Assembly (NCBI RefSeq): GCF_000012905.2
Contig: NC_007493.2
Span: forward strand, 2,250,001-2,282,000
DNA from: Cereibacter sphaeroides 2.4.1
Lineage (GTDB): Bacteria > Pseudomonadota > Alphaproteobacteria > Rhodobacterales > Rhodobacteraceae
Length of the DNA stretch: 32,000 bases
Direction of reading: 5' to 3'
Part shown: positions 1-8,189 of the stretch, piece by piece
How positions within the stretch are numbered: the first letter of the stretch is position 1
Layout: each line of letters starts with the position of its first letter
Notes under the pieces: generated by a model
What the model was told of the DNA's origin: nothing
Database searches by the model: none
What the model saw: the letters and a program-made list of their open reading frames with translations, nothing else
Program-made: the position numbers and the translations under genes

Positions 1-543
1 CAGATCCCAGATGCCGCCCTCGACATGCTCCGGGCCGATCCGCGCCACGGTCCTGCCGTCGACCCGGAAGAAGGCGGCCTTCTCTGTCACCTCGATCTCG
101 TAGACATGCGGCGCGTCGGCCGCGTCGAACCCGAGATCCACGATCATCGGCTGGCGGAGCGAGACGTGATGGCCCGCCCCGTCCTCGAAATGCACGGCGA
201 GGTGGATTCGCGTCGTGTCGCCGCCCACGAACTCGATATCGAATTCCCGCCACGGCTGAACGCGATAATCGTCCTGATAGAGGAAGAGGCCGAAGACCGT
301 GCCGTCGACCATGCGCGGCGCCTGGGCCATCCAGCTCCAGGAGCCGGTGGTGAAGGCGGCCTCGGACTGGAGCTCCCCGCCGAGCCAGGGCCGCGCGGCG
401 CTGTCGTGCGACCGGTTCAGGATCAGGGCGATGCGCTCATCCTCGAGCAGCCGCACATTCTCGCCCGACCAGCTGGTCAGGTAGGATTGCCCGGCGTCCC
501 AGGTGGAGACCAGAAAGTCCTTGCCGCCATGCCGAAGATACAT
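1..543 (-). CDS. Glycoside hydrolase family 16-like protein, first 181 codons (C-terminus runs off the window start)
   Basis: Absent from the ORF track because there is no stop in the window. My own minus-strand translation from the ATG at 543-541 gives an uninterrupted frame: MYLRHGGKDFLVSTWDAGQSYLTSWSGENVRLLEDERIALILNRS...QPWREFDIEFVGGDTTRIHLAVHFEDG...FFRVDGRTVARIGPEHVEGGIWDL. Third-position G/C bias is strong. EFDIE fits the GH16 E-x-D-x-E catalytic motif. No hydrophobic signal-like N-terminus. Confidence 0.6.
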   Translation of the reverse strand, partial: MYLRHGGKDFLVSTWDAGQSYLTSWSGENVRLLEDERIALILNRSHDSAARPWLGGELQSEAAFTTGSWSWMAQAPRMVDGTVFGLFLYQDDYRVQPWREFDIEFVGGDTTRIHLAVHFEDGAGHHVSLRQPMIVDLGFDAADAPHVYEIEVTEKAAFFRVDGRTVARIGPEHVEGGIWDL

Positions 544-666
544 CCGCCGGTCCCTCGTCCTTCCCTGCGGCGGGCGAGGCGACTCAACCCTGACGCGCAA
601 TCCTGACTAGCGGTTCGGCAGGGCAGAAGAACGACAGGACTTCGACAAGGGGACATACTTACGGCA

Positions 667-703
667 GGAGGGCTGTCCCATCTGGATGGGACGGCCGTCC
701 TCC
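667..703 (-). terminator. Imperfect GC-rich hairpin after the UXS stop
   Basis: Inverted repeat read directly: core GTCCCATC (675-682) / GATGGGAC (685-692), outer arms GGAGG (667-671) / CCTCC (699-703). It begins 21 nt past the stop at 724-726. No U-tract. Confidence 0.3.
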
Positions 704-723
704 CGCGTTGCGGCGCCCGCGCG

Positions 724-1737
724 TCAGACGGGCACGGCCGGCACGGACCGGCCGGCGCGCACCGGCGGCGGCAGGCTCCGGCCCAGATGCCGCGCGAACC
801 AGGCCGCCGTTTCGGGCAGGCCCTCGGACAGCGGGACCTGCGGCTCCCATCCGAGCAACCGCTTCGCCCGCCCGATGTCCGGCCGCCGGCGGCGCGGATC
901 GTCCTCGGGCAGCGGCCGGTGAACGACGCCCGCGGCCGTGGGCACGAGGCTCTGCACCAGCGCCGCCAGTTCGGCAATGGTGAACTCGCCCGGATTGCCG
1001 AGGTTGACCGCGCCGTCGGGCGTCTCCTCGGCCTCCATCAAAGCCATGAGCCCCGCCACGAGATCCGAGACATAGCAGAAGGAGCGCGTCTGCTCGCCCG
1101 TGCCATAGACGGTCAGCGGCTCGCCCCGCAGCGCCTGCACGAGAAGGTTCGACACGATCCGCCCGTCATCGGGGCGCATGTGCGGCCCGTAGGTGTTGAA
1201 GATGCGCGCCACCCGCACGTCCGCCCGTTCGCGGCGGCTGTAGTCGAAGCAGAGCGTCTCGGCTGCGCGCTTGCCCTCGTCGTAACAGGCGCGCGAGCCG
1301 GTGCAACTCACGTTGCCGCGGTAGTCCTCGGGCTGCGGATGGATCTCGGGATCGCCGTAGACTTCCGACGTCGAGGCCTGCAGGAAGCGCGCGCCATGGG
1401 CCTCGGCCAGGGCCAGAAGGTTCCCTGTGCCCACCACGTTCGTCATCATCGTATGGACCGGGTCGGCCTGATACTGGGGCGGCGAGGCGGGGCTGGCGAG
1501 GTTATAGACCCGCTCGACCGTCTCGCTCAGCCGGATCGGCTCGACCACGTCCTGCCGGATGAGGCGGAAGTCGCGGAAGGTGCAGAGCGCCTGCACATTC
1601 TCCATCGAGCCGGTCAGGAAGCTGTCGAGGCAGAGCACGCGATGGCCCTGCCGCAGCAGCGCCTCGCAGAGATGCGAGCCGACGAAGCCCGCACCGCCGG
1701 CCACGAGGATGGTGGTCTGTGCGGTTCTCCTGAGCAT
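724..1737 (-). CDS. uxs: UDP-glucuronate decarboxylase (UDP-xylose synthase), extended SDR
   Basis: 337 aa ORF. N-terminal Rossmann motif ILVAGGAGFVGSHLCEALL. CYDEGKRAAE block (YxxxK catalytic pair in the UXS-typical context). GGAGG 5 nt upstream of the ATG at 1737. Confidence 0.8.
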   Translation of the reverse strand: MLRRTAQTTILVAGGAGFVGSHLCEALLRQGHRVLCLDSFLTGSMENVQALCTFRDFRLIRQDVVEPIRLSETVERVYNLASPASPPQYQADPVHTMMTNVVGTGNLLALAEAHGARFLQASTSEVYGDPEIHPQPEDYRGNVSCTGSRACYDEGKRAAETLCFDYSRRERADVRVARIFNTYGPHMRPDDGRIVSNLLVQALRGEPLTVYGTGEQTRSFCYVSDLVAGLMALMEAEETPDGAVNLGNPGEFTIAELAALVQSLVPTAAGVVHRPLPEDDPRRRRPDIGRAKRLLGWEPQVPLSEGLPETAAWFARHLGRSLPPPVRAGRSVPAVPV

Positions 1738-1798
1738 GACTGCCTCCGTTGTCCCGGCGCCACCTGCGCCCCGTCACCGCCTACCGTCCCAGGGCGCC

Positions 1799-2875
1799 TC
1801 AGGCCGCCGCCGCCCGCAGATCCCGCAGCGCCGCCGCCAGCTCGCGGGCCCGGGCCCGGCCCGTGTGCTGCGCGAGCACCCGCCGCCGGGCCGCAAGCCC
1901 TATGGCGCGCCGCGCCTTCTCGCCCATCGTGCCGAGGATCTCGACCACCTCCTCCGTGCCGTGTGCGATGCAGATCGCCTCTCCGTCCGGCAGAAGCTCA
2001 CCCAGACCGCGCCAGTCATCCGAGATGACGGGCGTGGCGCAGGCCGCGGCCTCGAAGAGCCGCACCGAGGGGGACCAACCCATCCGGCGCATGGCCGCGC
2101 GGGTCACGTTCAGCGTGAACCGCTGGCGGCTGTAGAAGGCCGCGTGATCGGACGGGGGCAGATGCTCGATCCGCGCGACATTGGCGGGCCAGTCGATCTC
2201 GGCCGGATAGGAGGGGCCCGCCACCACGAAGCGCCGGTCGGGCATCCGCCGGGCGGGCTCGATCAGTAAGGCCTCGAGCGTGGGCTGCCGATCCGGGCTG
2301 AAGGTGCCGAGGTAGCCCAGATCCCACTCCGGCGCCCCCGGGACGGGGAGATAGCGCTCGGGATCGACCGAGCAGTAGAGCGCACGGGCGGCGCGCGCCC
2401 CGCGCACCCGTTCGAGATGGTCGAGCACCTCGCCCCCGGAGAAGGAGAAGTAGAGATCGAAGAGCGGCACCTGCCGCGCGGCGAGAAACTCCTCCTGACC
2501 CTCGTCGAGGAGGCTCATCGTGACCGGCGTGTCGATGTCGTAGAAGGCGAGATGCCTCGGGCGCAGCGCCGCCACCGCATCGATCACTTCACGCCCCTCG
2601 GGAACGTAGGAGCCGATGATGACCGCATCCGCCGCCCGGATCCGCTCGGCCCAGGGTCCGGTCAGGTCCGCCACCGCGTGATAGAGGGCCAGCCGGCAGA
2701 AGTCGGGCTCGGGCAGGTCGCGGTTGTCGGCATACCAGGGCACGTCGCGCTCGAGAAAGAGCGTGCGGTGCCCCTCCTCGGCCAGTCCGCGCAGGAGGGC
2801 CCGGTAGGTGGTGGCATGGCCATTGCCCCAGGACGAGGAGAGCGACAGGCCGATGATGACGATGTCGAGGCTCAT
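1799..2875 (-). CDS. CgeB-like glycosyltransferase, paralog A
   Basis: Track ORF 1799-3706 trimmed to the ATG at 2875 (MSLDIVIIGLSLSSSWGNGHATTYRALLRGLAEEGH...). That ATG overlaps the stop of the upstream gene as ATGA. C-terminal block SPSVRLFEAAACATPVISD resembles GT-B fold sugar-donor domains. Paralogous to the next two genes. Confidence 0.75.
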   Translation of the reverse strand: MSLDIVIIGLSLSSSWGNGHATTYRALLRGLAEEGHRTLFLERDVPWYADNRDLPEPDFCRLALYHAVADLTGPWAERIRAADAVIIGSYVPEGREVIDAVAALRPRHLAFYDIDTPVTMSLLDEGQEEFLAARQVPLFDLYFSFSGGEVLDHLERVRGARAARALYCSVDPERYLPVPGAPEWDLGYLGTFSPDRQPTLEALLIEPARRMPDRRFVVAGPSYPAEIDWPANVARIEHLPPSDHAAFYSRQRFTLNVTRAAMRRMGWSPSVRLFEAAACATPVISDDWRGLGELLPDGEAICIAHGTEEVVEILGTMGEKARRAIGLAARRRVLAQHTGRARARELAAALRDLRAAAA

Positions 2876-3963
2876 TCCGCCGCCTCCATCCGGCCCGGAT
2901 GCCGCTCGAACAAGGCATGGGCCTGTGCCGCCCGGTGCGCGTAGGTATGTTCCGACAGCACCCGGCGGAGGGCCGCCTCCCCCATCAGCCGCGCGCGCTC
3001 GTGGCCCACGCTGCGCAGCAGGTCGGCCACATCCTGCCCGTCGCGCGCCACCAGCACCTCCCGGTCGGGCATGAGGAACAGCTCGATCCCCTCCCAGGCG
3101 TCGGTGACGAGGCAGGCGCCCGCGCCCGCCGCCTCGAAGACGCGCGTGGCGGGCGAGAAGCCGTTGGCCGCCATGCTGTCCCGCGCGATGTTGAGCACCA
3201 TCCGCGGCGAGCCGTTCAGCGCATTGTGGTCCGCCGTGCCGACATGGCCCAGCCGATGGACGTTCGGCGGGAAGGGGCGGTCGTGCCAGCCCGAGCCCCC
3301 GAGAAGGAAGCGCGCACCCGGCACCGCGTGGGCCGGACGCGTGAAGAATTCCTCCACGCGCGCGTCGCGATCCGGCAGCCGGTTGCCGAGGAAGGCCAGA
3401 TCGCCCACGAACCGGTCCTGCGGCGCCACCGGATGATGCGTCTCGGGATCGAGCGCATTGTAGATCGGCACGCACTCGCGCGCCCCGAGCGCGCGGTAGG
3501 CCGCCACGACCGGATCGCCACCGCCGTAGGTCAGCACCAGACCGAGCGATCCCAGAGCCCGCCGCAGCGGATGGTCCGGTGCGGCCTGCATCTCGGCCAG
3601 CGTCGCGGGCGCGTCCACATCCCAGAAGACGCGCAGCGCATCGGGCCGTGCGGCGCGCAGCACCTCGGCCAGCAGGAGGTCGTCCTCGTAGCCCACGCCC
3701 GAGCATTTCACCACGATGTCCGCCTGACCCGCCTCGGCCGCAGCCCGCTTCAGCGCCTCGGACGTGCCGTCATAGACCACCACCCGGCACCAGTCGGGCG
3801 GATCGATGTCGCGGTTCTTCTGCCGGTCGTAGACGTCGGGCTCGTAGAAGGTCACGCGGTAGCCCAGCCCGGCCAGCGCGCGGATCATGCCGCGATAGTA
3901 GGTGGCGGCCCCGTTCCAGTAGGCCGAGACGAGGCTCGATCCGTAGAAGGCAATGCTGCGCAT
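2872..3963 (-). CDS. CgeB-like glycosyltransferase, paralog B
   Basis: 363 aa ORF: MRSIAFYGSSLVSAYWNGAATYYRGMIRALAGLGYR...SPATRVFEAAGAGACLVTD. Same N- and C-terminal blocks as paralogs A and C. Its start overlaps the upstream stop by 1 nt (TGATG). Confidence 0.75.
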   Translation of the reverse strand: MRSIAFYGSSLVSAYWNGAATYYRGMIRALAGLGYRVTFYEPDVYDRQKNRDIDPPDWCRVVVYDGTSEALKRAAAEAGQADIVVKCSGVGYEDDLLLAEVLRAARPDALRVFWDVDAPATLAEMQAAPDHPLRRALGSLGLVLTYGGGDPVVAAYRALGARECVPIYNALDPETHHPVAPQDRFVGDLAFLGNRLPDRDARVEEFFTRPAHAVPGARFLLGGSGWHDRPFPPNVHRLGHVGTADHNALNGSPRMVLNIARDSMAANGFSPATRVFEAAGAGACLVTDAWEGIELFLMPDREVLVARDGQDVADLLRSVGHERARLMGEAALRRVLSEHTYAHRAAQAHALFERHPGRMEAAE

Positions 3964-5072
3964 CAGGCCACCTCCGCCCGGTCGGCCGGCAGGCCCAGCT
4001 CAGAAACGATCGACAAGAGCTCATCCACGCGGTGCCGGCAGGTGTGGCGCGCCCGGATGGTGGCCAGCCCATGTTCCGCCAGCGCCTCCGCGAGGTCGCG
4101 GTCGTGCAGGACCGCGCGCAGGTGGCGCTCCATCTCGGCGCCGTCGCGGGCGACGAGAAAATCCGTTCCGGTGCGGAAAAGACCCTCGCTGTCCGACCAC
4201 GGCGCGGAGATCAGAGGGATGCCGCAGGCCAGCGACTCGAAGACCCGGATCGTGGGAATGCCCGGCAGCGCTTCGACGTAAGGCCTGCGCGGAACATGAA
4301 CCGTCACCCTGTGGCGACCGAAGGCGGCGGGCACCTCGGCATTGGGGATCCATCCCCGGTAGGAGATGCCCGCGCCCGCCAGCCGCACCAGCGCCTCGGC
4401 CGGATAGCGCACGCCGCGCACCGTCGTGCGCAGGCCCAGCCGCCCGGCAGGCTCGATCAGGAACTCCGACAGTTCCGCGCTGCGTTCGCCGTCGCCCCAG
4501 TTGCCGATCCAGATCAGGTCGCCCTCGATCTCCGAAGGCATCGGGCGGAAGAGCGTATCGTCGGCCGCCTCGTGCCAGGTGAAGACCTGCCGCCCCCAGC
4601 CTGCAGCAAGGTAGGTCTGGCGCAGGGTCTCGCCGAAGGCCAGCACGCCGTCATAGCCCGACAGGTCGAGCCTGCCGATCTCGCCGCCGGCGCTGACGGC
4701 GCGATGATGCGTGTCGTGGAAGAGAAGCAGGAACCGCCCGCCCGCAGCCCGCGCGCGGCCGAGGCGCGAGACCAGGGCCGGCTCCGTCCATTCGTGCACC
4801 ACCACCACATCGGCCTCCGCAAGCGCGGCCTCGTGATCGAAGCCCGCCCCGTAGGTCTCGACCGGAAGATCGGGGAAGGTGCGGGCGAAGGCTGCCTCGG
4901 CTCCCGCACCCTGATCGGCCAGCAGGTTCTGGCGGCTCCAGCCCCCCTGCGGTTCGACCGCCCGCGCCGCGTGGCCGCGGTGGATCAGGTCGCGCATGAC
5001 CCCGCGCAGGAAATGCGCGTTGCCGTGGTTCCAGTCGGAGACGAGCGAATGGGTGTAGAACAGGACCTTCAT
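3963..5072 (-). CDS. CgeB-like glycosyltransferase, paralog C
   Basis: Track ORF 3963-5393 trimmed to the ATG at 5072 (MKVLFYTHSLVSDWNHGNAHFLRGVMRDLIHRGH...IPTIRVFESLACGIPLISA). The region upstream of this Met is Arg/Pro/Ser-rich shadow sequence. The stop of the preceding gene lies 1 nt away. Confidence 0.7.
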   Translation of the reverse strand: MKVLFYTHSLVSDWNHGNAHFLRGVMRDLIHRGHAARAVEPQGGWSRQNLLADQGAGAEAAFARTFPDLPVETYGAGFDHEAALAEADVVVVHEWTEPALVSRLGRARAAGGRFLLLFHDTHHRAVSAGGEIGRLDLSGYDGVLAFGETLRQTYLAAGWGRQVFTWHEAADDTLFRPMPSEIEGDLIWIGNWGDGERSAELSEFLIEPAGRLGLRTTVRGVRYPAEALVRLAGAGISYRGWIPNAEVPAAFGRHRVTVHVPRRPYVEALPGIPTIRVFESLACGIPLISAPWSDSEGLFRTGTDFLVARDGAEMERHLRAVLHDRDLAEALAEHGLATIRARHTCRHRVDELLSIVSELGLPADRAEVA

Positions 5073-5073
5073 G

Positions 5074-6174
5074 TCACCTCGCGGCGCGGAGAGTTTCGGG
5101 AATGGGGCAGAGCTCGGCATAGATGGCGGCCATGGCGCGCGCCTGCCGCTCGGGCGTGTAGAGGGCGGCGCGGGCCTGCGCGGCCTGCCCCAGCCTGCGG
5201 CGACGGGCCGGGTCGCGGATGAGCCGGTTGACCGCCTCGGCCAGCGCCATCGGATCCTCGGGCGGGAAGAAGACGGCCGCCCCGTCCCAGAGTTCGCGGA
5301 AGGTGGGGATGTCCGAGAGGACGAGCGGCAGCCCGCCCCGCGCGGCCTCCAGAACGGCCAGACCGAAGGGCTCGTAGCGCGAGGGCGAGACAAAGATCGA
5401 GGCCTCGCACATCAGTTCGAGCATCTCGGCATGGCTGATCTCGCCCCGGGCCTCGGCCGCGCGGATCGCCACGGCCTGTCCCTTCGGCGAGGCGGCAGCG
5501 CCGGCCATCACCACCGGCCAGTCGATGAGCGGGGCCGCCGCGTCGAGCACGGCGGCATTCTTGCCCTCGTCCCACCAGCGCCCCGCGGACAGCACCATCG
5601 GCCGCGCCATCCGCCGCGCGGGGGCCGCGACGCGACTGGCATTGGCCACCACCCGCACCTCGGGCATCGGCCCGTAGGACCGCGCCATCAGGTCGGCCTG
5701 CACGCGCGTGGGCGTGACCACCACATCGGCCGCGGCAAGGCCCTGCCGGTTCAGCCGCCGCTGCCAGAGCCACCCCGCGGGTAGCACGCCGTCGCGCACC
5801 GCCGCGAACCAGGTCACGACGCAGGAATGCGAGACCGCCAGCACCGGCACCGGCACCGACAGACCCGCCGCCTGCGACGGCAGGTTCAGGTGGATCAGAT
5901 CCACCCGATGGCGCCGGGCGACGCCCGCGATCATCTTCGGCACCACGGCGAGCTCGGATTCGCCGCCCACCAGCCAGTCGAGCGGCGCATCGCACCAGTC
6001 GAGCGGACCCAGCCCCTCGGCCTCGCGCCGCTGCGCCTCGGACGGTTCGGGGCCGAAGCCCGCGAAGACCACGTCCACCTGCCCCCGCAGCCCCGCCGCG
6101 AGGTCCATCGCGTAGCGCCAGACACCGCCCACGGCATCGACCGTCATGAGGATGGTCAGCCGCGCCCCGCTCAT
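5074..6174 (-). CDS. Group-1 (GT4-type) glycosyltransferase
   Basis: Track ORF 5074-8163 trimmed to the ATG at 6174 (MSGARLTILMTVDAVGGVWRYAMDLA...), which overlaps the upstream stop as ATGA. Has the SRYEPFGLAVLEAARGGLPLV block (E-x7-E motif typical of GT4). Confidence 0.75.
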   Translation of the reverse strand: MSGARLTILMTVDAVGGVWRYAMDLAAGLRGQVDVVFAGFGPEPSEAQRREAEGLGPLDWCDAPLDWLVGGESELAVVPKMIAGVARRHRVDLIHLNLPSQAAGLSVPVPVLAVSHSCVVTWFAAVRDGVLPAGWLWQRRLNRQGLAAADVVVTPTRVQADLMARSYGPMPEVRVVANASRVAAPARRMARPMVLSAGRWWDEGKNAAVLDAAAPLIDWPVVMAGAAASPKGQAVAIRAAEARGEISHAEMLELMCEASIFVSPSRYEPFGLAVLEAARGGLPLVLSDIPTFRELWDGAAVFFPPEDPMALAEAVNRLIRDPARRRRLGQAAQARAALYTPERQARAMAAIYAELCPIPETLRAAR

Positions 6175-8189
6175 GCGGATCTCCGCGCGCGCGGCGGCTC
6201 GGCCTCTGCCGCCGGCACCCGGCCGACGCGGTGCTCGGCCAGCCACGCGGCGAGCCCGGCCAGGCCCTCGCGCCAGCCGACGGTCGGCGACCAGCCGATC
6301 GCCGCCCCCAGCGCCCGGGTGTCGGCCACGAACCAGAGCTGGTCGCCCTGCCGCCAGTCCTCTTCGGTCACCGCGACCGGCCCGCCCGTCAGGCGCCCGA
6401 TCTCCTCCAGCACCTGCCGCAGGCTCACCGCATTCCCGGGCCCGCCGCCCAGATTGAAGGCCTGCGAGCGGACACGCCCGGCGCTCACCTCCGCCATCAG
6501 CCGCCGGTAGGCGGCGACCGCGTCGCTCACATGCAGCACGTCGCGCACCTGCCGCCCGTCGCCGAAGACCGAGATCCCCTCGCCCTTCAGCGCCCGGATC
6601 AGGAAATGGGCGACCCAGCCCTGATCCTCGGTGCCGAACTGGCGCGGCCCATAGATGCAGGACATGCGCAGGACCGCCGTGGGCAGCCCGAAGCTCTTGG
6701 CATAGTCGATCACATACTGGTCGGCCACGCCCTTCGAACAGCCGTAGGGCGTGCAGAAATCGAGCGGCCGCCCCTCTCCGATCCCGTGGGCGAGGATCTC
6801 CGGGTCGGCCGGCACATGGCGCTCGCCCGGCTGCATCTCGAGATCCTCGAGTGCGCCATAGACCTTGTTCGTGCTGGCGAACAGGAGCGGCACCGGACGC
6901 CCCGTCGCGCGGATCGCCTCGAGCAGGTTCAGCGTGCCGCGGGCATTGATCTCGAAATCGGCGACCGGGCTTTCGAGGCTCGTCGTCACCGCCGTCTGCC
7001 CTGCAAGGTGATAGACCGCCGCCGCATCGCGGGCGGCATCGGCCATGGCGCGCTCGTCGCGCAGATCCGCGATCACCGGATGCAGCCGCTCGCCATGCCG
7101 CGCCTTGAGCCAGCGGAGATTGTCCTCCACCCCCGCCCGCCCGAGATTGTCGAGCAGGATCACCTCCTCGCCGTCCGACAGGAGCGCATCGGCGAGATTC
7201 GAGCCGATGAAGCCCGCCCCCCCGGTGATGACCGCAGGCCGCACCGCCCGCGAGAGCGAGGGCGCGCAGAGCCCGGCCATCGACCGCACGCCCTCCACCC
7301 CCTCGGCGCTCAGGAGCCGCGCGAGGAGCTTGGGCTTGCCCGCTTCGACCACAGCGCCCATGTGGTAGTGGCGCGGATCGAACCAGAGCCCCTCCTGCAC
7401 CGGCACGTCGCGCGGCAGGTCGCGCCAGCCATACCAGTACATCCGGTCGGCAGGCGCCTTCAGCGCCCCCGCAAAGCGCCGCGTCTGTTCCAGCTCGTCG
7501 TTGCGCCAGGTGGAATAGCCGGTCTCGGTGATCCAGATCTCGCACGCGGGATTGTGCCGGTCGAGGATGGCCCGCATCTCGCCCAGATGCAGATCCCACC
7601 CGCCCCATGTGCTCTCCTCGCTGTCCCAGGTGCCGGGGAAGCCGTGGAAGCCCGCGGCCGCACAGTGCGCCAGCACGCCGCGCTCGCCCATCAGGTCGAG
7701 CCAGAGCGGATCGAACGGACAGGGCCCGCCCAGAACGGGCTTCCAGCCGCGTTCGCGCACCCACCAGGCGGCGCCCCCCACCATCTCGCAGAAGAGCAGG
7801 AAGTCGCTGTCCAGCCGCCAGTCCCAGTCGAGCAGATTGTTGGGCTCGTTCCAGAGCTCGACATGCGAGAAATGCCGCCCGTAGCGGGTCAGCGCATGGT
7901 CGACGAAATCGGCGTAGGATTTCAGCTCGCGTGGCGGGCCCGAACTGCGGCCCGTGCGCGACAGCGACGGCGGCGTGTAATGGATGCAGGGCAAGAGGTC
8001 GATCTCGCGGCCGAGCCGCGGGATCAGCCAGTCGAACCAATCCGAGCCGCCGGGCGTCACGAAGTCGGCCCAGCTCAGGTGCGTGCGCAGATAACGCGCG
8101 CCGCTGGTGGCCAGACCCTCCAGCGCCTCCTCGACCCGCTCTTGATCGCCCGGGCGGAACCATTCGACGAAGCCGAAGTCGCGGCTCAT
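6171..8189 (-). CDS. Two-domain fusion: N-terminal clan GH-A-like glycosidase TIM-barrel (approx 7240-8189) and C-terminal NAD-dependent epimerase/dehydratase (approx 6171-7240)
   Basis: 672 aa ORF. N-terminal half carries HVELWNEPN (acid/base Glu of the N-E-P motif) and EIWITETGYS (nucleophile Glu). C-terminal half carries AVITGGAGFIGSNLADALL (NAD loop) and TPYGCSKGVADQY (YxxxK). ATGA overlaps at both ends. Confidence 0.8.
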   Translation of the reverse strand: MSRDFGFVEWFRPGDQERVEEALEGLATSGARYLRTHLSWADFVTPGGSDWFDWLIPRLGREIDLLPCIHYTPPSLSRTGRSSGPPRELKSYADFVDHALTRYGRHFSHVELWNEPNNLLDWDWRLDSDFLLFCEMVGGAAWWVRERGWKPVLGGPCPFDPLWLDLMGERGVLAHCAAAGFHGFPGTWDSEESTWGGWDLHLGEMRAILDRHNPACEIWITETGYSTWRNDELEQTRRFAGALKAPADRMYWYGWRDLPRDVPVQEGLWFDPRHYHMGAVVEAGKPKLLARLLSAEGVEGVRSMAGLCAPSLSRAVRPAVITGGAGFIGSNLADALLSDGEEVILLDNLGRAGVEDNLRWLKARHGERLHPVIADLRDERAMADAARDAAAVYHLAGQTAVTTSLESPVADFEINARGTLNLLEAIRATGRPVPLLFASTNKVYGALEDLEMQPGERHVPADPEILAHGIGEGRPLDFCTPYGCSKGVADQYVIDYAKSFGLPTAVLRMSCIYGPRQFGTEDQGWVAHFLIRALKGEGISVFGDGRQVRDVLHVSDAVAAYRRLMAEVSAGRVRSQAFNLGGGPGNAVSLRQVLEEIGRLTGGPVAVTEEDWRQGDQLWFVADTRALGAAIGWSPTVGWREGLAGLAAWLAEHRVGRVPAAEAEPPRARRSA

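Noticed and set aside
1090-1105. TGGCACG on the minus strand inside the UXS coding region (TGGCACGGGCGAGCAG).
   Set aside because: The -12 GC dinucleotide is mis-spaced by one. It lies mid-gene, with no downstream start.
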